From Azolla caroliniana (Eukaryota; Plantae; Polypodiophyta), in contig JBHGNT010000001.1 in assembly GCA_043228905.1 (NCBI GenBank), positions 11,408,001 through 11,472,000 on the forward strand: 64,000 nt of DNA, read 5' to 3'. Positions 37,438 through 51,312 of the stretch are shown here, in pieces. The notes under the pieces are model-generated. The model was not told the origin of the DNA. It saw only the letters and a program-made list of their open reading frames with translations, and ran no database searches. A program made the translations under genes and the position numbers. Numbering within the stretch: the first letter of the stretch is position 1; every line of letters starts with the position of its first letter.

Positions 37438-37614
37438 ACAAATTGCACATTCTAATTGTCATGTATGTGTTCAGTAGCAAGATCAGACATTTGAAATTGC
37501 ATACTCTAAATACGAGAGTAATGTTGGGATATGAATTCGGAAACATGTGAAACCTCTTTCCAGGGTTGATTGACTGACCCCCATATCTCTTCACCATACA
37601 ACGCAGACAGCGCG

Positions 37615-37930
37615 CAGAAGTTTGTAAGGATATACATATAAATGACATGTAATTACTAGAAAGAATTATTGGATTATTTTCGTGCGTCCTCTTAACTCAC
37701 TTTATCTAGCACAACTGAAAACCAGTGGCTAGTAATAATATAAGTTTACTTGAATCATATGCATACTTGACCCAGAAGTTTGTAAGGATATACATATAAA
37801 TGACATGTAATTACTAGAAAGAATTCTTGGATTATTTTCATGCGTCCTCTTAACTCACTTTATCTAGCACCACTGAAAGCCAGTGGCTAGTAATAATATA
37901 AGTTTACTTGAACCATATACATACTTGACC
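37615..37930 (+). repeat. Tandem duplication, 2 x 158 bp
   Basis: CAGAAGTTTGTAAGGATATAC at 37615 and 37773. Confidence 0.93.
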
Positions 37931-38346
37931 GAGTATAGACAGTATAAGTTTGTGATGTTTATTAAAGAATTCATCATTAACTACCAAAGGGTAATTGGAA
38001 GTGATGCCAAAAGTTGATCACCGAGTAAAGAAATAAAATGAAGCTCGCTCTTGGTCCATCAAGGCAAAGATAATATGTATATTATTATAACAAGAACATC
38101 ATTGGTATAACAGCCTTTAAGCTTCTAGTCTATGCAGCCTAGGGAACAAAAATATATATAGCAAATGAAACCAATTAAAGATTGCTCTGCATAGACTATA
38201 TGTGTATATATACATGTGCTCCATCGGACATTATTAGAAGCCGAAATACAAAGGCACGAAGACAGTTACATAGATGTAAATGGTACACAAGCACACAATA
38301 AGACCTCTATATCAACAGGAGGAGCAAAACAATATATGTACAAGCC

Positions 38347-41300
38347 TCAAAACTCAATCCCGCTAACCAGTTGAATTGAAAAGGAGGCTCGAGTTAGATT
38401 GCTTATTGGAGCCTCAACCTGGAGCTGTAAACCAGAGTTCCCAGAATGGTTTTCGTTTTGTTTCGAACGACCCACCTGAAATTCCAAATGTTGCTAACGG
38501 CATTTGAGCTATTTACTATATAACATAAACAAAGGTACTTTTTAAGGTATGATGAACAGTGCAATCTTAAGGAGTATGTAAAACAGGGTACAGGGGTATG
38601 GTATGAACGAAACAGGTCATATTTAAGAGATACGGTAAGAAATAAACAGGTATTCTGAAGGGGAATCATAAATAAGTTGCTTTGAAGGGGTATCATAAAG
38701 AGTTTTTTTTTAACGGGTTATATCATAACATACTTTTTATGGGGTATGATAAATGAAGGTATTTTTTAAGGTGTATGATAAAGGCATTTTTTAAGGGGCT
38801 ATATTGTAAACTATGGTATTCTTTAAAGGTTTATAATAGATAAACAAGGATAATTTTAAGTTGTTATACGGTAATCACGATACTTTTAAAGAGGTAATGT
38901 GATAGACTAACCATAAGCGATGCAAAAACAGTCGGCTGAATTGTTGAAGCAAAACCACATGCCAACCCGATCTTTTCTCGGGGTAAATGCATTAGCTCAG
39001 CTCTCCAGCCCGCATTTCTTCCGCCTACTGTTGGCATGATGCTGAATAAGAAAGGAAAATCCTAATCAATTTTTCATCTACTTTCTGTTCATCAGTGTGG
39101 TCCTTTAACTCTCCCTTACCTTGCAACTAACACTTCTGGTTTGTTTCTTGTGAATGCACTTCTATAAATTATATTATGCTCAATAAAAAATGTAATTGAG
39201 ATTAAAGATAAAAAAAGAGAGGGGAGGAGAGAAAATCAATCACCAAGAATAACAAACAAAACCTATGTCTGAAATCTTCCCCTCTTGAAATTCTTAACTC
39301 AAGAAACGCAACATAAACTTCATTATGCATAGTCTCAACAGAAACAATCATCCCCACTCATATTAAGAACAAGCAAGGCTCATAAAATGCATAACAAACT
39401 GCATTTCTATTACATGATGCAAACAGGACAAAAAGAGAAGATTAAGTAAACACAAAACAAACCCACCCAAAAATAGAGAATACATTGGTGTCTTTAATAT
39501 TGATATTCCAACTTTAAATGTCAAACATAACCTACTATATACTAAATTACAACTTCAAACGTCAATCATAAAATACCTGAGCTCAACCATAGGCCTAACG
39601 ATTGCACCAGATCTTTGCCAAGCTAATTGTTGCACAACATCGAGGGACACAGATTTTTCTGGTAAGTGCAGAACGGGGGTGATTCGTGTTCCACAACCAA
39701 CCTAACAAATAGAAACATATAAAAAACATAAAGGAATGTTTCCATGCGGTTAGGGTTCACATGCTGATAAATAGAAACTTGTAATGTACTCAAAGTTGCT
39801 TTATCACAAAAAACATATTAGATTTCTCCTAGAAGAAACCCTAAGTACCCTAATTGAGAACGGTTAAAGATGATAGGCAAACTGTCATCGCCAATCAGCT
39901 GGGAGTTCTGAAGAAAGCCAAAAAAACCAATCCACCAAAACATGCTCTATAAATTTTATGGGGAGTCTAATAAAGTGTAGGCATTCAAAGCATCATGCAA
40001 CGAAAAGAAGGTTTCGAGAAAATTAGGTCACCTTTTTTGAGAAGCTCAGTTTCATATCACCGGGACACCTTCCTTGTGCTTGAAAGATACCCCCACACAA
40101 TGGAAAGTAACCACCAATTGACAAGCCCTCACCAGCGATATATGTCAATTGGCCATTGGGAGATTGGAAGTCCAAGAATGACTGCAGAATTGTAAAATCA
40201 AGGGTCACAAAGAATTTCAAGTTAACAAACTCAGAGAAAATATAAAGTACCAGTTCTTCATTAATGTGGTCAACTACTCTTTTCTCAGTGTAGTCTGGTG
40301 AGAGAAATTAGAAGTTTGTAGACCAATGATTCCGATATATCATTCAAAAATCGCAAGCAGAAGAAAAAGTCCAGAGCGTTCAAATGTGCCTTCCATTTGA
40401 AAACACCTCTTGCATGATAGCCACCAGTCCTCATAACTTCAAGTAGAATACATGTTTCCACTTCACATCCAATACACTACTATATTACCCTACACCACAA
40501 TTTTCTCCTCCACAATGCTCTCTGATTCGAACCCAAACATAGCTTCAACCTCTCTTAATCTCCCATGTGTTTGTCTCTTTAATTCTCTCCCAACCAGTAC
40601 GCATTGCTGCACTATAATCTAGGAGAGGCAGTGTGATGTTCTCCCCTCATCAACATGCAAGTCATCATAATAGCGTAATATACAAACATAAATGCTATAG
40701 AAACTCTAGAACTAACAGAGATAAATGAGAAAGGTAATAGACGGTTGATGGGGATGTAGATTGTAGCACCAATAGTTAAATTCCTTCTTTTTTTAGAGGT
40801 GCCAGATATCCTTTTGGGGAAGATTTGAGACTGGACAGAGCCCAAAACATGTAGTGAGAAAACTTATAAAAAAATAAGGTATGTTCAAGATCAGAGTATC
40901 ACCAATCCCCTTACCCACTACCTTTTCCCATTGATAAGAGCAGAAATCATCCAAAAACATACAATTCCATCATCTATTCTGGCTGTTTAAATTATTATTT
41001 TCAAGTCTTTGATAAAGATGTCACAAAATATCTTTTTGCTTGCTTCCCATGCGATTCCATAAAGTTGATGTGAGGAACTCTTTTGAACCTTAAGCATGTA
41101 TACGACAACCCTTTCCATGGCCATGATCTCAATGGGAAATGATCCCATCGCAAGAAGGGTGTTTGGATCCATATCACATGGGAAGAAAGCAAAATTTTGT
41201 GTTTTAGTTGGATGCAAGATATAAAAAATTGGTTTGGAAGATGGGATGCAACAGACTTGCTTCATGATACATCAAGATGGATACATTTGTGAAAGAGGCC

Positions 41301-44300
41301 TTTTTGCAACACCAATGCTTAATAACATGGGAAAAATGTGAAGGCTCACACTCCACACATTATACTTCATTTGTTGCATCTCAAAACAAGATCTTTGCCA
41401 AATGGGGAAACTGCTCACATCAATACATGTTAGAGCCTATCCCATTTCTGCCCATCAAACCATTGCCTCCATGCGACTTAGCTCACAATCACTACAAGTG
41501 ATGAGAGAGGTTGACTATGCCCACTCTTTCCTAAACAAGTTGGGGAGTCTGAGTGAGTTTCACACTTTGATACAACGCTCTACCTTTGATCGCATTCATC
41601 TCTACTTTCTACACATATTCAACAAAACCAAATCCTTGCACAAATTTCTCACAATCACAATGTGCACTCTCAATTGCGATATTCATTTGTAAAGTTCTTG
41701 AACAACAAGAGTTGCTACCCATTTTCACATGTATTACATGAAAATGTTATATTTTTGGTCTAATCGTCATATTTGACATCCAAAAACGATAATAGAATCT
41801 ATCTATCTATCTCCCGCAAAAAGAAGAAGATGATACTCGAAAACAGAGGTGTACCTCAAAGGTACACATGTGAAGACCAGACTCTCTCACAACACAATGC
41901 CCATTGTAAAGCATACTACGGAAAATGAAAAAAAAAGGTTATGGATGTGCCCAAAGATAGAAATATAGGCAAATGGCGACATGTGACAAATGGGACTAAT
42001 TCACATCTTCTACGACTATGTTTTCAAATGCAATGGATATTTGAATATGGGATTTGGGATAAAGGAGTTGACCAATGAATCAAATATCATACTTCATGAT
42101 ACCCAAAAAGATTCAAGGTTTGGGCAACTACAACTTAGACTCGTTGATATGGGTGAAAAATCCAAGACAACGAAGAGTACAAGGTGGAGTGGCATGTTTG
42201 ATTAAGAGAGAATTGGAGAAATATATGTCGATCATAAAAAATGATGAACATAAATGCTACATATGGCTTAAAATAGGAACACCAAATGGCGTGCCCACTT
42301 GGGATCTAGAATTCTTCTTGAAAGAGAAAAAGGTGGCATACACATAATCCTTCACATACCTAAGAGTGACATTCACAATGCCCCTGTTATCCTTACAAAG
42401 GCTGCCTGTGATAGACCTCATTGATATGCAGCTCTTGGTACTCTTGACAATGTGCACATATATAGTTCCTAGGGCCACAAACTAAATTGTAGCAGCTATT
42501 TGATACACCTTGTCACACCAAGTCTTCTCCATGCAGTAGAAACCTAGGGACCGAGTCTTCACAAGGCAAATAATTGGAAAGATCTAGAAAGACATTTAGC
42601 CTCAATGATTACCCCTACGATAAGGTGCAAAGCATTAATGTCTGATGATATTATCTAGGCAGAGATATGAGTAGACCCAATAATCACCAATGCATCATTC
42701 CCCATCAATGACCAATATCCAACACTTTGGGAGCTCCCTAAATGAAGGTACTCAAGATTGGCACTTATGTCATCAAAACAACTTGCACAATAAATGGTTC
42801 GAGTTGCATGGCATAAGCATAAATGCATTACCCCCTTCCAATATAACTCGGATCATCCATATCTAAATATTATCAAAGTTGAAACAAATAGACTTATCCA
42901 AATGTATATTATCAAACTGGAGTACAGAAGAACATTTGTATTCCAGTTTGATAATATACATTGGTAGGAAGATGGCCCACAATAAGGCACACTTTCATGC
43001 ACATCGTAGGACGGATTCATCATCGGCCCTCTTATATGAACATACATCTATCCTGTGCAATGCAAAGTGTGATATGGCAGCTACAAACCTCTTCACATCA
43101 GTTAGAGATTGAGGTAGGAAAATATGCACACATACCTCTAGAAGAAAGAATTTGCCAATTGTGTCATCAGGAAGTAGGATCTGAAGAGCACTATGTCTGT
43201 CAATGTACTATATTTTTATGAAATAAGAGAGAGAGATATACCATTGCCTCTTAAACCAAGGATTTGGATCACTACACAAGGTAATGGAATTAAGAACAAA
43301 TAGTCCCCAGGATTATTCTTGCTAGAAATCATAGGCAAAAGTTGTTCAAGGACAACAATACAACCAAACAAGCTCATCAACAAATAACAATCCCAACTTT
43401 CTTTAGCCCCATCAGTCCTATACTCATGTTACAAGTCAAATAAGGGCTACACAAGTGGACTCCTGATCCAAACATTGCAAAGGGGTTACAATAAATCAGG
43501 CCATATCAATTTGTTGCACATTAGTGACTTTTTAAAGATCTACTCCCAAAATCCTAACCACATTAATTCATGTGCAACCTATGTGCACATTAGTTTTAAA
43601 CATTCCCATATATAGTATGTATGTAAAGCAAATAGCAAGGAAAATTGGATAATAATGAGCTTGAATCAATTCAGAACATATAGACTTACACATGTAAAGG
43701 GATTGATGCAGATCATGGACATCAGCAACCACTGTCTATGTTTGGACCAAACTGCTGGGCAGAGAGAATGAACAGCATTCTGAATAGCCACCAGGAATAG
43801 TACAAGTTACAAGTGATTCTCTATATGGAACTTCCAATTATATAGATTTTGATATTAAATAAATTTGAATTTAAGATACCTTTCTATCAAACCCATACCA
43901 CAGCAAGTGCTGCTTAGAAATATGAATTGGTAAGAGAAGAGTAGTGTCTCGAACCAGTAGAATCGGCCCTATTTGAAGCAAAAAAGGAGGCCTAGAAGTA
44001 GTGTTGCTCCCATGAGAAACTTCCACACGCCATAAATCTCCCCTTGCGACAAAAGAACTCTCAGTTTCTTGTGTTTGGCTATCAAATGTCGCCGTCACAT
44101 TGATGCTTCGTTGCTGAGTGAGAACACATTTTCATATCAAATTTTCTCATCCCAACACCCCTTGCTTAATCAGATACTCTAAAAAAATCTATTTTAATCT
44201 GTATAGTTCATCTATGCCATGATTAGATTGAAGCAAAAATTATCAAACAAACCTGTCTTCGAATATTTGAATGTTTATTGAGAGCAGTCAGAAGCTCCTG

Positions 44301-44981
44301 GTTAGCATTGCTATCATCTTCAAAATCTTCCTCATCGAGGTTGCTTATATATTCCAATCCTTCACTAACTGTCATTATTGCATCAGAAGCATTTGAATCC
44401 TTATCCAAATGAGTTCTTCCTTTCTTTAGAGACCCATCCACAGAGGAACCTAAGCCACTATGATATTCCATAGGTTGTGGTTGAATCAGATCAGCGTTTG
44501 CAGTATCTGCCTCTCTATGAAATGTCCAAGGAAAATGACTCACTGTTTGGTGTATAAAACCACCTACAAAAGACCCAACTGAAGCACCAACTTGACCTAA
44601 TCTATCACTTAGTTCTTGAATACCTCCTCTTCTATCATAATCATCATCGCATACATGTTCCTCCCTTCTTCTCTTCATACTGTTGTCTCTACCAAAACTG
44701 GCCTTATAGATACCATTGAATTGCACACGGTTAACGGAAAATTTCCTCCTTTTGTTTGTATTCAAGTGTGCCAACGGCCAAGAGGTAGTGAGAAAGCTAA
44801 AAGCTTCATCAGTCCATGGTATATCAAACGCAATCAGTTCAGAAGGGTAGAATGACGGTATAGAAGGCATGTTAGAAAGCTTTATATGGCTTTGTAATAT
44901 ACATCCTATGCCTTGTGTGATGGTTGCGACCCTGTCTACCATATCTTGTCCATGTCTTTGTACCTCTTCCCATCCTTCCAT
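38347..44981 (-). CDS. Conserved plant protein of unknown function, At1g53450/At3g14830-like, ~528 aa; exons 44981-44253, 44113-43880, 43779-43690, 40181-40032, 39701-39577, 39041-38912, 38475-38347
   Basis: Recognised motifs WEEVQRHGQD, VARGDLWRVE, LLLPIHISKQHLLWYGFDRK, HSLCPAVWSKHR, PNGQLTY, SFSIQL...EF*. All introns GT-AG, phases consistent (1587 nt). Confidence 0.88.
40990..43330 (+). mobile_element. Degenerate non-LTR retrotransposon fragments (endonuclease-like and C-terminal CCHC-like pieces) in intron 3, antisense to the host gene
   Basis: QGGVACLIKRE...YIWLKI (APE-like, 42075-42347). TSSHQLEIEVGKY...EERICQLC...EEHYVCQC (42961-43221). Second MRLSSQSL piece ~41470. Confidence 0.6.
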
Positions 44982-45839
44982 AGCTCTTATCACTGAAATA
45001 ATCTAGGGTTTAGATAGAGGTATAGTTGTATTCCTAGTTATCTTTTATTCCCTCGTGATATATCCCCTATATGTTTATTTGCTATTTATTTATTTATTTA
45101 TTTGTCGTGAACAGAGAAACAGAGCAAGAAGAAAATCATTCCTTCCGTCCTCACACCATAGTATGAGTGTTGTGCGTGTGTAGATAGATAGATAGATATC
45201 AATTCTTTATTGTCTAATAGAGAAACATAGGAAGAATCAAAACAATCTAACCTTTAGACTGATGACTTGATCTGATGATAAGGTAGATCTACTCCAGCTG
45301 CAGAGTTTGATGGCAAATGAGGAATGACGAAGATGATGGATGATGGATGATGGATGATGGATGATGGATGATGGATACAAGACAAAGCCCTAATCCGTCC
45401 CAGAAGAAACTCTACTGCAGCATAGGTACATATTTTTCCAGCTTCAGAAAATAAAATCCAGGTCAGAGTGTCTAGTTTTGTAATTATTGTAAACATTGTA
45501 CGAAAATAATGCATGCTTCAAACTCATATACGTATAGTATGTATCAATATGTATGTTACATGTCTGTGTGTATGTATGTATGTATGTATATGATGAAATT
45601 GGGGTTGCGATTCGTAGTTGTTTGCTTGAAGAACATGAATGGGCGCCCTGCAAGAAACAATTGTTAGAGAAAATGATACATACCAATGTTATTACTTTTC
45701 CTGAGTGTTCGCAATGAAGAAGTCTAATTGAATCCACGCCTAACCAACCATTCTGGTAGACATGTCGTGCACTTGGCATGTTTTTTGGCCAACACTGGAT
45801 GCCCACGTCAATGTTTTCAAGCAAACAAATTGCTTTCAT

Positions 45840-46480
<641 letters not shown>

Positions 46481-46490
46481 AACTCCCCCT

Positions 46491-49400
46491 TCACTCCGGC
46501 ATGGGATGTTTTACTAGTCTGATCCGCTTCCGGCATGCATCCAGCTTGTCGGGTATCAGTACTTTGGTCAGCATATCTGACCCGTTCTTGACCGTGTGGA
46601 TCTTTGTCAGCGCGAATTCCTGGTCATCTACTCTTTCCCGGATCCAGTGATACCTTCGTTGGATATGCTTCGTCCGGGAATGGTAGGCCACATTCTTAGC
46701 AAGGTGGATGACACTTTGACTGTCGCAATAGATCTGGTATTCATCTTGCCGGATACCGAGCTCTTCGATGAGGTCCTTCATCCATAATATTTCCTTGCCG
46801 GCTTCCACAGCCGCCATGTACTCCGCCTCCGTGGTTGACAACGCAACCATCTTCTGCAGCCTCGACTGCCACGAAACAGCTCCCCCTGCATATGTCATTA
46901 CATACCCGGATGTAGACCGGCTAGTATCCACATCAGCCAACATGTCCGAATCGGTAAAACCGTCAAGTTGATGTTTTCCGGAGCCGAATCAGAGACACAT
47001 ATTTAAGTGCCCTTCAAGTACCAGACTATCCATTTGACTGCGTTCCAGTGCTCCTTGTCGGGATTGCTCATAAACCGGCTCACCACTCCGACTGCGTATC
47101 CTATATCCGGTCGGGTACACACCATTGCGTACATTAAGCTCCCGACGGCAGAGGCATATGGAACCTTCATCATATCAGCCTTCTCTGCTTTCGTCTTCGG
47201 GCTTTGCTTACCAGATAATCTGCAGTTTGTCGGGAGTGTTAATCCGACCGGTTTCGCTTCTAACATGTTGAACCGCTGAAGCACCTTTGTCACGTATTTC
47301 TCCTGTTATAGCCACAGTTGCTTCGTTGGCCGGTTCCGGATGATATGCATCCCCAGCATTTGTCTAGTCGGACCCAAGTCTTTCATCGCGAAAGTTCGGT
47401 TGAGAGCCTTCTTCAGCATCCGTATTCTGGCTTGGTTCCGTCCGACGATCAACATGTCGTCCACGTACAGAAGGAGTATCAGGAAGTTGCCTCCTTCGAA
47501 CTTCTTCACAAACACGCAGTGATCGGCCTGCGTCTTGTGGTACCCTTGATCGGCCATGAAGGAGTCGAACTTCTGGTACCATTGTCGGGGAGCCTGCTTC
47601 AGTCCGTACAGGCTCTTCTTCAACCGGCAAACCAGGTGCTCCTTCCCTTTCTCCACGAATCCTTCCGGTTGTTGCATGTAGATCTCCTCTTCGAGGTCAC
47701 CGTGAAGGAATGTCGTCTTCACATCCAACTGCTCTACCTCGAGGTCCATGCTTACTGTTATACTCAGCACCGTTCGGATGGAGGTCATCTTTACTACCGG
47801 GGCAAATATCTCGTCGAAGTCCACGCCCTTCTTCTGCTGGAACCCCTTCACCACGATCCTAGCTTTGTATCTCGAGGGGTTGCCGGCATCTCCCGGTTTC
47901 AACTTGTACACCCACTTGTTTCGGAGTGCCCGCTTTCCTTTCGGCAACTCCACCAATTCATACGTATGGTTCTCGTGCATGGAATCCATCTCATCTTGCA
48001 TGGCACTTAACCATTTGCGGTTGTGGGTGTCATCCTTCGCTTCTTCGAAGCTTTCTGGCTCCGCCTCATCGGTTAGCAGCACATGCTCTGCATCCGAAAA
48101 TCTCCGGGGGGGCCTTCTCTCTCTGAGAGGATATCTCCGTCTTTGGGCTTCGGTAACCAGCTCCTCCATTTGCTCTTCATCTGAATCCGATTCGGGGTCT
48201 TGGCTGGTTCCAGTTTCAGCTTCCTCTACTTCTTCTTCTGCCGGTTCGGTATCCTCACCGTAACTGGTTGGTTCCTCGAGTGCTAACCGGTCTCTTGCCG
48301 GTTGGGTCTGCTCATCGTAGAATCAATCCTTACCGGTCAACTCGGAGTTCATTATCTTCTTCTCCGACTCCCAGTCAGCGAGTGTCTTGTCCTCCATGAA
48401 GATAATATCTCGACTCTGAAATACCTTCTTGTCGACCAGGTCCCACACCCGGTAGCCGAACTCGTCGTCATCGTAACTAAGGAATATGCATGGCCGGGTC
48501 TTCGGATCTAGTTTTCCTCTCCGGTCCTTAGCTACATGCACATACGCAAGACACCCGAATACCTTCAAATGCCAGTAGGACACTTCCTTACCGGTCCAAA
48601 CTCTCTGTGGCGTGTCTCCGTCCAAGGGTACTGAGGGTGATCTGTTTATCACATATGTCGTCGTCGATAGTGCCTCAGCCCAAAACTTCTTGGGTAGTTT
48701 TGCATGCGCCAGCATACTCCGGACCCTCTCCATTATGGTCCAGTTCATCCTCTTAGCCAACCCATTTAGTTCTGGCGTCTTCGGCACGGTAAATTCGAGC
48801 CGGATTCCCTTCGAGCGACAATACTCCTCGAACTGCCCCCGGTACTCACCTCTGTTATCTGCTTGAACCGCCTTCAGCTTCTGGCCGGTTTCTCTTTCCA
48901 CTCTCGCGTGGAGCTCTTTGAAGACGGATAACACCTGATCCTTCGTCTTCAACGGTGTGGCCCACAGCTTTCGGTTGTGGTAATCTATGAACGTCACGAA
49001 GTACTGTGATCCGGCATGTGACTTCGTGTCCACTTGACATACATCAGTATGCACCAACTCCAGTGGTGCATTACGTCTCATCGGTGGCCTCGATCGGAAG
49101 GAGGTCCGGTTTTGTTTACCGGCCAGACAATCAGTGCACTTCTCCAAGTGCACGTTCTTCACTGGAATGAGGTTGTCGTCTGCAAGCCTCTTCATCCCCT
49201 TCTCGCTCACGTGACACAGCCTCTTGTGCCACAGCTCACCGGCAGTGTCGGATGCCATGTTCACTTCTCTCGGGCATAACCGGGCATTCATCTAGTACAA
49301 CGTGTTGACCTTCCGGGCCCAAGCCACAATTAGGCTCCCTTTGTTGAACTTCATAACATTGTTCCGGATGCTACCTGTGTAGCCTTCATCATCTAGCCGA

Positions 49401-50536
49401 CTGGCTGATATCAGGTTCAGACGAACCTCCGGAACGTGTCGGACATCCTTCAGCAGTAGCTTGCATCCGGTTGGCATTGTCAACCACACGTCTCCTATGC
49501 CGACAATTCGGCATGTACCTTCATTCCCCATCCGGACACAGCCGTGATCACCGACTGAGTAGGATGAGAAGTATTTCCGGTCCGGGGTAAGGTGGAACAA
49601 CGCTCCGGAGTCGACCACCCAGGTCATCTCGTCGTCGACAAGGTTTAGCTCACTCTCCTCAGTGATGAGCATCAACTCTTCTTCACTTGCTGCGATTGTC
49701 GTCGTTCCCTTCCGGTCTGGCCCCCTCCGGTCTTTACCGTTTCGGTCCGGTGTCCGCTTCGAATCGGTGCCGTTGGTTTCCTTGTCCTTTCGAAAGTGCC
49801 GACAGTTTTTCTGGAAGTGTCCCGGCTTGCCGCAATAGAATTAGGTAGGCCTCCCCCTTGACTTTGACCGTGTCCCCGACTTCTCCTGGTTCTGGGGACT
49901 ACGGTTCCTTTGTCTTCCGCGTTCCGATTCGGTAAGGAGCGCTTTGGAGTCGGAGCTCATATCCTTATCTTTCCGATGCGCCTCCTCATCTAGCAAGCTC
50001 AACTTCACTCTTGCTAGGGATAACCGTTTCCCTTCCGGCCCGGCGTTGCCCAAAGTGACAACCAACGTCTCCCAGCTATCTGGGAGGGAACCGAGCATGA
50101 GTAGTGCTAGTACCTCATCGGCAAGAGGTACTTCCAATGATGTTGCCTAGTGGATCAGCCCCTAGAAGGCATTCATGTGCTCTGCCATGCTGGAGCCATC
50201 TTGGTACCGGAGTCTTACTAGCTTCCGAAATATTGAAACCTGATTAACAACATTTTTGTTTAGAAACATAATGTCGATCTTCTCCCAGAGCTCATGAGCC
50301 TTGCTCTCTTCATTGAAGTTGTTGTATAGACTCATGTCGATGAAGCACCGTATGTACGTCGTTGTCTTCATGTGCATCACCTCCCATATCGTAGCGTCAA
50401 TTTTGTCTGGTCTCTTGTCCCCGAACTGAATCGGCAACCAAAGATCTTTAACCACGAGCATGTCCCTCATCTTCGACTTCCACACCGAATAGTTGGAGCC
50501 GGTGAGCTTGAACATGCCTCCCAACGATTTGTCCAT
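46491..50536 (-). pseudogene. Copia gag-pol (gag, PR, IN, RT, RH) with several in-frame stops/frameshifts
   Basis: WVVDSGA, LVHTDVC, KTPELNGLA, QLDVKTTFLHG, LYGLKQAPRQW, YVDDML, RTKHI. Breaks near 50162, 49841, 49292, 48320, 47306, 47003. Confidence 0.93.
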
Positions 50537-50566
50537 TTTCTGTGTCGTTTCACTCTGATACCACTT

Positions 50567-50835
50567 TGTTAGGAACGACACGCTCCCAATGAACAACGCT
50601 CGGCCCCAACCAAGCTTAGAATCAAACACAAAAAAACGAGAATGAATGCATGACACAATGGAGAGAAGAGTACACAGGATGTTTACGTGGAAAACCCAAA
50701 CACGGGAAAAACCACGGCAGTCCACTGACTGCTAACTATCACTATGTAACAATATACAATAAATGAACACTGAGGCAACGACCTCTTGTTCACTGTCTTC
50801 GCCACAGGCGGCGGTTACAACAGAGATACGAACTC

Positions 50836-50873
<38 letters not shown>

Positions 50874-51312
50874 ATCTTGCGCCAACAACAATGACAACAA
50901 CAATTTTTTCTAAGTTTGCCCTAAGTCATATTTATACTAATATGACTTTTCGGCTATTTACAAATATAGCCCGATGGACTCTCAAAAAACATATTTACGA
51001 ATATGTCCCTTCATCCAGTGAGCACTCCTCACCAGGCCTTCACCATCCAGCTCTTGCCGGGTACTCGTCATCCAGTTCTCACCGGGTCTTCCGTAGCCGG
51101 GTACTCGTCATCCGGTTCTCACCGGGTCTTCCGTAGCAGGGTACTCGTCATCCGGTTCTCACCGGGTCTTCCGTAGCAGGGTACTCGTCATCCGGTTCTC
51201 ACCGGGTCTTCCGTAGCAGGGTACTCGTCATCCGGTTCTCATCGAGTCTTCCGTAGCCGGGTACTCGTCATCCGGTTCTCACTTCCCATCCGGAGGAACC
51301 TGTTTCCTAACA
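50567..51312 (-). repeat. 5' LTR (746 bp) of the Copia, with a 40-bp tandem array at 51059-51282
   Basis: Unit GGGTACTCGTCATCCGGTTCTCACCGGGTCTTCCGTAGC(A/C), 5 full copies plus a partial. Confidence 0.95.

Noticed and set aside
47318-48263. Long plus-strand ORFs (230 aa, 171 aa)
   Set aside because: Antisense shadows of the GC-rich Copia RT.
51059-51282. CRISPR-like array
   Set aside because: Head-to-tail units with no unique spacers, inside a eukaryotic LTR.
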